Shown piece after piece: positions 9,325 to 17,629 of a DNA stretch of 26,828 nucleotides. Position numbers and translations under genes: made by a program. The first letter of the stretch is position 1, and the number at the start of each line of letters is the position of its first letter. Source of the stretch: Thermoprotei archaeon (GTDB taxonomy: Archaea > Thermoproteota > Thermoprotei > QMSL01 > B3-G16); the NCBI GenBank assembly GCA_003649665.1, contig QMSL01000001.1:1-26828 (forward strand), in the 5' to 3' direction. Under the pieces are notes generated by a model. That model worked only from the letters and a program-made list of their open reading frames with translations, ran no database searches and was not told where the DNA came from.

Positions 9325-9357
9325 ATGTGCGAAAACGGCCGGGGGCGGGCATCATGA
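9325..9357 (+). other. Candidate 10-codon upstream ORF (MCENGRGRAS) overlapping the speD start
   Basis: ATG TGC GAA AAC GGC CGG GGG CGG GCA TCA TGA. The TGA (9355-9357) overlaps the speD ATG (9354-9356). Whether it is transcribed is uncertain. Confidence 0.3.
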
Positions 9358-9731
9358 GGGGGGCTCGTGAATTAGGTAGACATATCATAGCTGAATTTAT
9401 AGGATGTCCACGAGAGATATTAGACGATGTAGAGCTATTAAGAAACCTCCTCATCGAGGCAGCGAATAGAGCAGGCTCTCAGGTTGTTACTGAGACCTTC
9501 TTCAAGTTCAGACCACAAGGTGTCAGCGGCGTTGTAGTTATTAAGGAATCTCACCTCTCAGTACACACTTGGCCAGAGTATGGCTACGCCGCCATTGATA
9601 TATTTACGTGTGGAAGCAATGTCGACCCATGGAAAGCTTATGGCTTTTTAAGAGAGCGCTTAAAGCCCTCTCATGTCTCCGTTATAGAAGTTAGAAGAGG
9701 TGTTGATGTTGGAGGGAAGCAGCGCCAATAA
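9354..9731 (+). CDS. speD: S-adenosylmethionine decarboxylase proenzyme (pyruvoyl-dependent)
   Basis: LGRHIIAEF, GVSGVVVIKESHLSVHTWPEYGYAAIDIFTCG with the E|SH self-cleavage site. It is adjacent to spermidine synthase. The arginine decarboxylase paralog cannot be fully excluded. Confidence 0.88.
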   Translation: MRGARELGRHIIAEFIGCPREILDDVELLRNLLIEAANRAGSQVVTETFFKFRPQGVSGVVVIKESHLSVHTWPEYGYAAIDIFTCGSNVDPWKAYGFLRERLKPSHVSVIEVRRGVDVGGKQRQ

Positions 9732-10650
9732 TGATGGCTCTCGTTGGCGCGTGATCATGGAGACAGTGACCCCCGCCCTTAAGCTAGTGTACTTTATAAG
9801 GAAAGTTATCTATTCAGGAAGGACAAGATTTCAGGAAGTCGACATAGTAGATATCAGTGATTTTGGGAAGACATTATTTATTGACGGTAAGTTACAATCC
9901 TCAGTCAATTGGGAGTGGACATACCATGAATCCTTAGTACATCCCGTAATGATCACCCATCCAAACCCAAAACGCGTACTTATAATAGGTGGTGGGGAAG
10001 GCGCTACGTTAAGGGAAGTGCTAAGACATAATACAGTAGATGAGGCTATAATGGTTGACTTAGACGATGAGATTATAGATATTTGTAAGAAGTTCCTCCC
10101 AGAATTACATCAGGGATCTTTTGATGACCCACGTGCAAGACTATACATTTCGGATGGAAGGAAATTCCTTGAGGAGCAAAGTGAGGGCTCATACGATGTG
10201 ATAATCGTAGATCTCACAGATCCCTTAAAAGGCACTCCATCCGTATACTTATATACATTAGAATTCTATAAGCTCATCTTTAGGGCATTAACCCCTGATG
10301 GTCTATTCGTAACTCAGGCTACATCCATTACGCATACCCCCGACATAGTTGCTTCAATCCATAAGACTGTGGCAAACGTCTTTCCTATTGCTAGGATTTA
10401 TCATGCCTGGATCCCATGTTTTAGCGCCCTATGGGGCTTCGTAGTCGGTTCAAAGAAGTACGATCCCGCAATGTTAGCCCGTGAGGAGATAGCTTCTCGC
10501 ATTAGGGAAAGGAACCTCTCAGGCAAGCTTAAATTCTATGACGAGATCATTCATGAAGCTATGTTCCATTTACCAAAGTATATAAAGGAGTGCTTAGTCA
10601 ATAAGGGAAGGATATCGACGGATAGTGATCCCGTATGCCTATTAGAATAA
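9706..10650 (+). CDS. speE: Polyamine aminopropyltransferase (spermidine synthase)
   Basis: YHESLVHP, VLIIGGGEGATLRE, VDLD, DGRKFL, YDVIIVDLTDP. Start uncertain (9700, 9706 or 9709). Confidence 0.94.
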   Translation: MLEGSSANNDGSRWRVIMETVTPALKLVYFIRKVIYSGRTRFQEVDIVDISDFGKTLFIDGKLQSSVNWEWTYHESLVHPVMITHPNPKRVLIIGGGEGATLREVLRHNTVDEAIMVDLDDEIIDICKKFLPELHQGSFDDPRARLYISDGRKFLEEQSEGSYDVIIVDLTDPLKGTPSVYLYTLEFYKLIFRALTPDGLFVTQATSITHTPDIVASIHKTVANVFPIARIYHAWIPCFSALWGFVVGSKKYDPAMLAREEIASRIRERNLSGKLKFYDEIIHEAMFHLPKYIKECLVNKGRISTDSDPVCLLE

Positions 10651-10699
10651 AGCTTATCACCCCCAACTTAGCTATTTTATTTGGCTCTGGTTACATTAT

Positions 10700-10816
10700 G
10701 CCGGGGTGGCCGAGCCAGGACTAAGGCGCCGGCCTCGAGATCCGAAACCTCCATTGGGGCTAGAAAGCCGGTGCCCCCCTCGGGGCGCGCGGGTTCAAAT
10801 CCCGCCCCCGGCGCCA
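10700..10816 (+). tRNA. tRNA-Ser(CGA) with 26-nt intron at 37/38 (10740-10765), CCA encoded
   Basis: Acceptor stem GCCGGGG/CCCCGGC, G73, CCA. Anticodon stem CCGGC/GCCGG with CGA at 10736-10738. Long variable arm GCCCC/GGGGC, T-loop TTCAAAT, BHB-like fold. Confidence 0.95.
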
Positions 10817-10831
10817 TGAGGTGCTCCTCAT

Positions 10832-11263
10832 ATGTCTAGTAAGGAATTCGAATACTTAGAACACACCGCTGATGTCTACATAGTTGCTTACGGTAAGGAC
10901 TTAAACGAGGCATTTGAAAACGCTGCAAAGGCAATGTTTAATGTGATGACCGACATTGATAAGGTGGTTCCATCTGTAAAGAGGGAGATAAACGCAGAAG
11001 GCGTTGATTTAGAACAACTCCTTTATAACTGGTTAGAGAATCTTCTTATACTCTTCGATACCGATGGCCTTGTCTTCTCTAGATTTAAAGTCAGTATCCA
11101 GAAGAAGGATGATCATTATGTGCTAAAGGGCGAGGCCTGGGGAGAACCATTTAATCCCAGCAAACATCCCTCAAAGACTGAGGTAAAGGCGGTAACGTAC
11201 TCCCTCATGGAAATCCATGATGAGAAAGGGAACTCGTATGTGAAATTCGTTCTCGACATTTAG
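10832..11263 (+). CDS. Archease (RtcB activator)
   Basis: FEYLEHTADV at the N-terminus and EVKAVTY..FVLDI at the C-terminus. Lies upstream of rtcB. Confidence 0.95.
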   Translation: MSSKEFEYLEHTADVYIVAYGKDLNEAFENAAKAMFNVMTDIDKVVPSVKREINAEGVDLEQLLYNWLENLLILFDTDGLVFSRFKVSIQKKDDHYVLKGEAWGEPFNPSKHPSKTEVKAVTYSLMEIHDEKGNSYVKFVLDI

Positions 11264-11300
11264 TTCCATTGGAGTTGTCACGGGATTAAAAATTTAAACC

Positions 11301-11314
11301 ACCTATGAATAGGT
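11301..11314. promoter_or_regulatory. Inverted repeat ACCTAT-GA-ATAGGT next to the candidate rtcB TATA box
   Basis: Perfect 6-bp arms, 2 nt downstream of TTTAAA (11293-11298) and 17 nt before the rtcB ATG. Confidence 0.4.
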
Positions 11315-11331
11315 TAATCTAGGTTTTGAAT

Positions 11332-12780
11332 ATGGTCCCTCCATTAAAGAGAATCTCTGAATTCGTATGGGAGATCCCGCAGAAGTATAAGCGAGAAATG
11401 AGAGTTCCAGCTAGGATATTCTCCGATGAAGTACTATTAGAGAAGATGAAGAGCGATCTAACCCTTGAGCAAGCCGCTAACGTAGCCTGCTTACCCGGCA
11501 TCTATAAATACTCTATAGTCTTACCTGATGGTCACCAAGGCTATGGCTTCCCAATAGGAGGCGTTGCTGCGATAGACTATGAAGAGGGCGTTGTTAGTCC
11601 TGGCGGTGTTGGTTATGACATAAACTGCGGTGTCCGTCTCCTAAGGACTGACTTAAGTTATGAGGACGTAAAGCCGAAGATAAAGGAGTTAATAAATACG
11701 CTATTTAGAATGGTTCCATCAGGTCTTGGTTCTAGAAGCCACCTTAGACTAAGCTATGGCGAACTTGACGAGGTACTAGCCTCAGGAGTAGAGTGGGCTG
11801 TTGCTCATGGCTATGGATGGGAAGAGGATCTTGATAGAATAGAAGAACGAGGAAGCATGAAGCTTGCTGATCCCGATAAGGTATCTGACACTGCTAAACG
11901 AAGGGGAAGCGCACAGCTAGGAACTCTTGGAAGTGGTAATCACTTCTTAGAGGTACAGGTTGTAGACAAAATATACAATCCGGAAGTCGCTAAGGTGTTT
12001 GGAATAACGCATGAAGGTCAAATAACCGTAATGATACATACTGGAAGCAGGGGCTTAGGTCATCAGGTATGTAGCGATTACTTAAGGATAATGGAACGTG
12101 CTGTGAGAAAATACGGTATAAGACTACCTGATAGAGAGTTAGCTGCTGTACCTGTAAAGAGCAAAGAAGGAGAGGACTATCTTGCCGCAATGGCTGCTGC
12201 CGCAAACTTCGCATGGACTAACAGGCAAATGATAATGCATTGGGTTAGAGAGGCATTTAGAAAAGTATTTGGTCAATCTCCAGAAGATCTTGGAATGCAT
12301 CTAGTATACGATGTAGCTCACAATATTGCTAAGATAGAGGAACATACAATAGATGGTGGAACCAGGAAAGTAGTAGTTCATAGAAAAGGAGCTACAAGAG
12401 CGTTCCCAAGAGGGCATCCAGCAATACCCGCTATTTATCGTAGCGTTGGTCAACCGGTCCTAATTCCCGGAAGCATGGGCACAGCCTCATGGGTTCTCGT
12501 AGGTACTGAAGCTGCTATGAAAATAACATTTGGCTCTACAGCACATGGTGCCGGTAGGTACTTAAGTAGAGCTGCAGCTGTAAGAACATGGAGACCTAGG
12601 GATGTCGCAGCAGAACTTGAGAGAAAAGGCGTAGTGCTTCGTGCTGCAAACGCTAGAGTCATAGCAGAAGAAGCACCCGGTGCTTATAAGGATGTTGATC
12701 GTGTAGTGGAGGTATCCCATAGAGTCGGGATAGCAACTAAGGTTGCAAGGTTAGTACCAATAGGCGTAACTAAAGGTTAA
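11332..12780 (+). CDS. rtcB: tRNA-splicing ligase RtcB
   Basis: [73 protein letters not shown]. No intein. Confidence 0.98.
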   Translation: MVPPLKRISEFVWEIPQKYKREMRVPARIFSDEVLLEKMKSDLTLEQAANVACLPGIYKYSIVLPDGHQGYGFPIGGVAAIDYEEGVVSPGGVGYDINCGVRLLRTDLSYEDVKPKIKELINTLFRMVPSGLGSRSHLRLSYGELDEVLASGVEWAVAHGYGWEEDLDRIEERGSMKLADPDKVSDTAKRRGSAQLGTLGSGNHFLEVQVVDKIYNPEVAKVFGITHEGQITVMIHTGSRGLGHQVCSDYLRIMERAVRKYGIRLPDRELAAVPVKSKEGEDYLAAMAAAANFAWTNRQMIMHWVREAFRKVFGQSPEDLGMHLVYDVAHNIAKIEEHTIDGGTRKVVVHRKGATRAFPRGHPAIPAIYRSVGQPVLIPGSMGTASWVLVGTEAAMKITFGSTAHGAGRYLSRAAAVRTWRPRDVAAELERKGVVLRAANARVIAEEAPGAYKDVDRVVEVSHRVGIATKVARLVPIGVTKG

Positions 12781-12849
12781 ACTCTACTTAAGACGAAGTT
12801 TTTAACTATCACGTTCTTTAAACGTCCTTCGTTTTGAGCAGTTATCCTA

Positions 12850-13464
12850 CTATCTAGATGCGGCTGCTATACGCTCTATCTCGTCCTTCTGCCTTATCGC
12901 ATAGCTCTTTGGATCGTTATTAGCAGCTAGGATTATCTCTTCAGCTAAGCACTCCTCTATGGACTTAGGATTACTAAACGCCGCCATTTTAGCTCCTTCT
13001 GCTATGAACCTAAGAGCAAGATCTACACGCCTTTGAGGAGAGACATCTACAGCTACGTGATAGACTATACCACCGTAAGCTATCCTAGTAGTCTCCTCAC
13101 GAGGAGCGGCATTCTGAATTGCGTCTACCAGAACCTGTATTGGGTTCTTTCCTGTCCTTAAGTATATTATATCGAATGCTTTCTTCACTATATTATATGC
13201 TAAGTGCTTCTTTCCAGTGTTCCTACCTCCCCTCATGAGCTTATTTATTAGCCTCTCTACTATATTGACTTCTGCCTTCCCAAAACGCTTCTTTGCATGT
13301 CTTCCTCCACTATGTGGAAGGTATACTGGCTTTAAGCATATGTACTTCTTAAGCCCTGGATCCCTTACTTCAATTCCTTCCCAATCCCATTTTCCAAAGA
13401 GCTTTATCCCCTTCCCCTTTAATAGCTTATATTTTTCCTCCTCTACGACGCTTCCCTCGCTCAT
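12850..13464 (-). CDS. rps7: Ribosomal protein uS7
   Basis: [66 protein letters not shown]. Confidence 0.98.
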   Translation of the reverse strand: MSEGSVVEEEKYKLLKGKGIKLFGKWDWEGIEVRDPGLKKYICLKPVYLPHSGGRHAKKRFGKAEVNIVERLINKLMRGGRNTGKKHLAYNIVKKAFDIIYLRTGKNPIQVLVDAIQNAAPREETTRIAYGGIVYHVAVDVSPQRRVDLALRFIAEGAKMAAFSNPKSIEECLAEEIILAANNDPKSYAIRQKDEIERIAAASR

Positions 13465-13537
13465 AAGGGACGCCTTCTAGTATGAACTATGTAAATTAAA
13501 TATAAAGCTTCCGTCATATTTAATAGCGGGGGTTCAA

Positions 13538-14488
13538 GTGGATGTCATATGCGTTGGAGAGATAGTCGTTGACTTCATACCGATTGATGACTTCACGTAT
13601 AAGGCCTGTTTTGGCGGTGCACCTATGAATTGTGCAATTGCATGTTCTAAATTAGGACTTAAGGTTGGCGCTATAACTGCCGTGGGAAATGATGCGTTTG
13701 GTAGGTTCTTGATCAATACCTTGAATGAACATGGCGTAGATACATCTCATGTGAAGATAATTAAAGGTACTAGAACGACATTAGCATTTGTTGTAAAGTT
13801 ACCTGGTGGTGAGCGTGAATTCTTCTTTTATAGGAAGCCATGGAGCCTTAGTGCCGATACGGAGTTAAAGCTAACTGATTCTGACGTAGAGTATCTAAGA
13901 CGTGCCAAGGTAGTCCACATATCTGGTTTTGCTTTATCTCAAGAACCATCTCGTTCTGAGATACTTAACATCCTCCCTAAACTCAAGGCCCATAACGTAT
14001 TACTTTCCCTAGATCCAACGTTTAGGATTGATGTATGGGATAGTAAGGAAGAGGCAAGGGAGACGTATAATGAAGTTCTAAAATACGTCGATATATTACT
14101 GGCCACGCTTAAGGAATATTCCCTGCTATTTGAAACGAGCGATATAGGCGAGTGCATAAGGTCTGCTAGCAAAACTGGTATTAAGATCATTGGAATAAAA
14201 ATGGGTGAGAAAGGAGCTGTGCTGTCCAATGGTGATAAGGCCTTCTTCATGAAAGCGTATAAGGTTCCCGTAAAGGATACTGTAGGAGCAGGCGACGCCT
14301 GGAACGCTGGTATCCTCTATAGCTTAATAAGGAAGCTATCCTTAGATCATTCGTTGAAAATAGCAAATGCCGTTGCAGCGATAAAATGCATGCACATAGG
14401 AGCGATAGCAGGCCTACCCACAATCGATGAAGTTGAAAGATTCATTGAGCTTCACAGAGAGAACGTTCCTGAACAATTTCCCTTATAA
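13538..14488 (+). CDS. PfkB-family carbohydrate kinase (substrate unknown)
   Basis: GEIVVDF, GGAPMNCA, AVGNDAFG, DTVGAGDAWNAG anion-hole motif, ANAVAA. Confidence 0.92.
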   Translation: MDVICVGEIVVDFIPIDDFTYKACFGGAPMNCAIACSKLGLKVGAITAVGNDAFGRFLINTLNEHGVDTSHVKIIKGTRTTLAFVVKLPGGEREFFFYRKPWSLSADTELKLTDSDVEYLRRAKVVHISGFALSQEPSRSEILNILPKLKAHNVLLSLDPTFRIDVWDSKEEARETYNEVLKYVDILLATLKEYSLLFETSDIGECIRSASKTGIKIIGIKMGEKGAVLSNGDKAFFMKAYKVPVKDTVGAGDAWNAGILYSLIRKLSLDHSLKIANAVAAIKCMHIGAIAGLPTIDEVERFIELHRENVPEQFPL

Positions 14489-14539
14489 TACAAAACTTAT
14501 TAGAGATAAAATTTAGGTAAACGCCAGTTTATAATAACT

Positions 14540-14956
14540 CTAATCGACTAAACAACACTCCTGTCTCGGTCCGTCTAACACAAGTTTAAGCTTATTCAAT
14601 ATCTCCCTTCCGATTAGGCGCTTACCATAGCCATAATATGGCGCTTCAACATAGACTTCGAATTTCATATTATCAATCTCAGCTATTGCCCTAGCGACTC
14701 TCATAACTATTCTCCCAACGAGGGTCTTATAAGTTCTCCAATATTCTCTAGGTAGTTCTCCTACCATGAAGAATTCATAATCCCTCCTTTGAAGCATTAG
14801 TGAGCCCTCGTATCCTGTATCAATAGGAAACTCTAATTCCTCTGGGAATTCCTCTCCTAAGACATTGTAAAGCTTCATCCTTAATATAGGATAAGGAGCA
14901 AGAATGCTAGACTTATACTTTATGCAGCCTCTAGCTCTATAGCTCCTCCCCACCAT
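14540..14956 (-). CDS. Single-domain clan AA (retropepsin-like) aspartic protease
   Basis: Catalytic IDTGYEG and C-terminal LIGREILNKL..VLDG, the hydrophobic-hydrophobic-G-R pattern of retropepsins. Start uncertain; overlaps the upstream gene by 37 nt. Confidence 0.8.
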   Translation of the reverse strand: MVGRSYRARGCIKYKSSILAPYPILRMKLYNVLGEEFPEELEFPIDTGYEGSLMLQRRDYEFFMVGELPREYWRTYKTLVGRIVMRVARAIAEIDNMKFEVYVEAPYYGYGKRLIGREILNKLKLVLDGPRQECCLVD

Positions 14957-15315
14957 TCCAACTCCTCCTCGATCTTCTTATCATAACCAACTTTAAGGAC
15001 TATAGCATGCTTTAGCTTAGGCCTTAGCCTCCTTAAAGCTTTAGCAACTGCCTCTAAGCTTTCGAACGCACCAATGAAGCTACCCAATGCGAAGACTACG
15101 TACTTGCCCTTGTACTCTGCTAAGTTCTTTTTAAACCTTATGTAAGCTAAATTATTCACGTCTAAATCGGATAACAATGCGCTATTGCTAAGCCATAACT
15201 CAATTGCTTCTTCCACTGCTTGAGAGAGCGTTAGACCTCTCCTAATGGCCTCTGCCTTAAATTCCCTAAGTTTTCTTTCGTCAATCTTCTTAACTACCAA
15301 AGTCACTGAGTTCAC
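14920..15315 (-). CDS. Ribbon-helix-helix DNA-binding domain fused to a DUF5678-like domain
   Basis: N-terminal VTLVVKKIDERKLREFKAEAIRRGLTLSQAVEEAIELWL (RHH pattern). C-terminal YKGKYVVF..GSFIG.FES..AVAKAL (DUF5678-like). TTATATAC lies ~30 nt upstream of the GTG, suggesting a leaderless mRNA. Confidence 0.72.
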   Translation of the reverse strand: MNSVTLVVKKIDERKLREFKAEAIRRGLTLSQAVEEAIELWLSNSALLSDLDVNNLAYIRFKKNLAEYKGKYVVFALGSFIGAFESLEAVAKALRRLRPKLKHAIVLKVGYDKKIEEELEWWGGAIELEAA

Positions 15316-15453
15316 CTAGGTAAACTAATTCATTTAAGTATATAAGAGTTCCTCAATCACTAAGGTTATATCAACATGCTCATGACGTGACTTCAAGGTT
15401 CCTACTCAAACTAAAAGAATCAAAATGGAAGGAAATATCATGAGAGCTCAATC

Positions 15454-16722
15454 TTAAATCTCCACTCCAACTATTACGAAGTCACTATTAAATTCTGGCG
15501 TTTGGAAAATGGTCGTACTTCCCTCCTCTATTATGTCTGGTTTAAATACCCTTCTTGTTTCTAACTCTAAACCCAGCCACTTATAAGAGCCTGCTTCAAG
15601 CCTTAACTTTATCCTCCAAGCATAGGGAACGTAAACCACTACCTTTCCCTTACCTATAGCAACCCTAATCTCATCTGTCTCATTAAGTAAAATCTCGTTT
15701 GAAGGCTTTATATCGAAGAGGTCATATTCCTCGAATAGGCGCTTAGCTAAAGCCGCATCATTTGCTCCCGGGAACTTTAATGCAGTCCTCCAATCAAAAG
15801 AAGGTCCGGCAAATCCCTCTCCAAAGAACTTAGCCCCCCTCCTATGCCAATTCCAAATGCCATTAGCACCATATGCAACTCCAGCCTTAGCTCCAGAAAG
15901 CAAGCTTTGCCATATGGCCTTCCTGACGTTAAACCTATCATGTCTATAGTATCTTCCTCCAGCAAGCCCCTCATAGCATGGCTCGCCATTAATAATAGGC
16001 CTCTTAATAGGCATTTTGTAAAACCTCTGGGCAAGTTCATATGGGCGTACTTTACCGTTATGACCAGATTGAAACATATAGAAGTCATAATACGGGGACT
16101 CAACTATTCTACTAGGAAGCTGCCACAAGCCGCCGGCTAAATGCATTGTAGTTAAACAGCTTGTGCATTTCCTCTTGATTATTTCCAATGCCTTTAAATA
16201 ATATTCCTCCGCTTCAGGAGATTCAAAATTAGTATCACCACTTATTATGAATATGGGATTATACTTACCAAACCTCTCAGCCACATACTCAACATAACTT
16301 TCTAAACACTCCCTAGGAATGATCCTACGGGGCTTAATAAGTCTAGATCCCCATGTGCCAGGTACGTAATTGCACCAAAGCACAACTAAAGCTGGAACAA
16401 ATCCTTTATCTACGGCGATGTCAACCATTTTCTCAGCACGATCAAAGTATTCTTCATTAACTTTACCAAAATCCCAATCACCATTAGGCTTAACAATAAA
16501 GGGATCAATGTAGTAAGGCGACTTGCTTCTATCATGCTGTGGAAGGATATTAATCTGCAGTACATCAAAACCCTGTGACGCCCTGTAATCAAGGTAATAA
16601 TTCCATTCTTCAAACGATACATTCGTAAACGCGCTCCAACAAGTATCAGCAAGATAGAAGAATCTCTCACCATCTCTCAAGAAGTAATCTCGCGTATCTG
16701 AAATAACTAGTTCCCCAGACAT
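15454..16722 (-). CDS. DUF4038 / GH140-like (apiosidase-like) glycoside hydrolase with C-terminal beta domain
   Basis: RDGERFFYLADTCW, YLDYRASQGFDVLQ, ISGDT, FQSGH, PIINGEPCYE, VRKAIWQSLLSGA, YGANGIW. No signal peptide evident. Confidence 0.8.
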   Translation of the reverse strand: MSGELVISDTRDYFLRDGERFFYLADTCWSAFTNVSFEEWNYYLDYRASQGFDVLQINILPQHDRSKSPYYIDPFIVKPNGDWDFGKVNEEYFDRAEKMVDIAVDKGFVPALVVLWCNYVPGTWGSRLIKPRRIIPRECLESYVEYVAERFGKYNPIFIISGDTNFESPEAEEYYLKALEIIKRKCTSCLTTMHLAGGLWQLPSRIVESPYYDFYMFQSGHNGKVRPYELAQRFYKMPIKRPIINGEPCYEGLAGGRYYRHDRFNVRKAIWQSLLSGAKAGVAYGANGIWNWHRRGAKFFGEGFAGPSFDWRTALKFPGANDAALAKRLFEEYDLFDIKPSNEILLNETDEIRVAIGKGKVVVYVPYAWRIKLRLEAGSYKWLGLELETRRVFKPDIIEEGSTTIFQTPEFNSDFVIVGVEI

Positions 16723-16944
16723 ATACCAGATATATAATGCAAAACTTTAATTAACTTAACGTCCGTCACAAAGCTCACTAAAAGCTATATTCTCAAAACG
16801 TTAAAGTTGAGCTCATGAGAATAAATAGTGCCCATAGCTATAGTATGCACGATCCATATAATTAGACATATAATCTCATAAAAATCCCACATGACGAAAG
16901 TGCATGTCATTACGATACCACGAGCTTAGGAAAAAGATTAAACT

Positions 16945-17001
16945 TTGTATACAATATACTTAAATATATCGTAATCGATATTATGGGAAGGGGTGTATAC
17001 A
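16945..17001. promoter_or_regulatory. vapBC promoter with two TGTATACA palindromes flanking the TATA box
   Basis: TTGTATACAA at 16945-16954, CTTAAATA at 16959-16966, TGTATACA at 16994-17001. Confidence 0.55.
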
Positions 17002-17232
17002 TTGAGTGAAGTTTTAAGTATACGAATTCCTAGGGAGTTAAAGAGGAGAATTGATAAATTAAAAGGCTTCGTAGACTGGAAGAATGAGATTATAAGGTTC
17101 CTTGAGGATAGGGTGAGGTATTATGAGAGGGTGAAAATAATTAAGGAAGTTCATAAACTTCTCGAAGCCCATCCTACATTTCCTAGGGGAAGTGTAGTTA
17201 AGGCTGTGAGGGAAGATCGTGTTAGTCATTGA
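17002..17232 (+). CDS. vapB: VapB-type RHH/CopG antitoxin
   Basis: MSEVLSIRIPRELKRRIDKL...WKNEIIRFLE; small protein overlapping a PIN gene. GGGGTG site favours TTG 17002 (alternative GTG 16993). Confidence 0.85.
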   Translation: MSEVLSIRIPRELKRRIDKLKGFVDWKNEIIRFLEDRVRYYERVKIIKEVHKLLEAHPTFPRGSVVKAVREDRVSH

Positions 17233-17629
17233 TGCTTCGAGTCTGGCAAAGTATATAATTAAAGAAGAGGGATGGACTGAAGTAGAGAAGTATCTAACAA
17301 GCGAACAAGTGTATACACTTGATCTTGCAATAAAGGAAGTACTTAACGTCATATGGAAGTATTTAGTCATATTTCGAATGCTTCCATTAAACATAGCTAT
17401 GGAGAAGTACTCCATACTAATGAATCTCATTGAAAATAAAATAGTTAATATAGACGATGAGAAGAGATACCTTAAGGAGGCGTTTAATGTAGCGCTTAAA
17501 ATGAAGTTGACTATTTATGATGCACTGTATATCGCTCAGGCGATAAAACTTAGTGCTCAACTCCTAACAAGTGATGAAGGTCAAGCAAGAGCTGCACAAA
17601 GTTTAGGGCTCAAGGTAATCTTCGTCTAA
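17219..17629 (+). CDS. vapC: VapC PIN-domain toxin
   Basis: VIDASS, KEVLNV, TIYDALYIA, LLTSD: the acidic PIN residues are present. Overlaps vapB by 14 nt. Confidence 0.92.
   Translation: MLVIDASSLAKYIIKEEGWTEVEKYLTSEQVYTLDLAIKEVLNVIWKYLVIFRMLPLNIAMEKYSILMNLIENKIVNIDDEKRYLKEAFNVALKMKLTIYDALYIAQAIKLSAQLLTSDEGQARAAQSLGLKVIFV

Noticed and set aside
9731-9754. Short ORF MMALVGA between speD and an internal speE ATG
   Set aside because: It lies inside the speE N-terminus; the Trp-containing segment upstream of 9757 looks like part of the synthase, so the ORF is probably coincidental.
289-12780. Inteins in RFC, Cdc6 or RtcB
   Set aside because: Lengths are normal and motifs are contiguous; no insertion seen.
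12781-12849. Inverted repeats and T-tracts between rtcB and rps7 as a possible ncRNA
   Set aside because: Adequately explained as a convergent termination region; no C/D or H/ACA boxes seen.
13525-13540. GCGGGGGTTCAAG resembling a tRNA T-arm, as a possible att remnant
   Set aside because: Wrong orientation relative to tRNA-Lys, too short, and explained by the pfkB ribosome-binding site.
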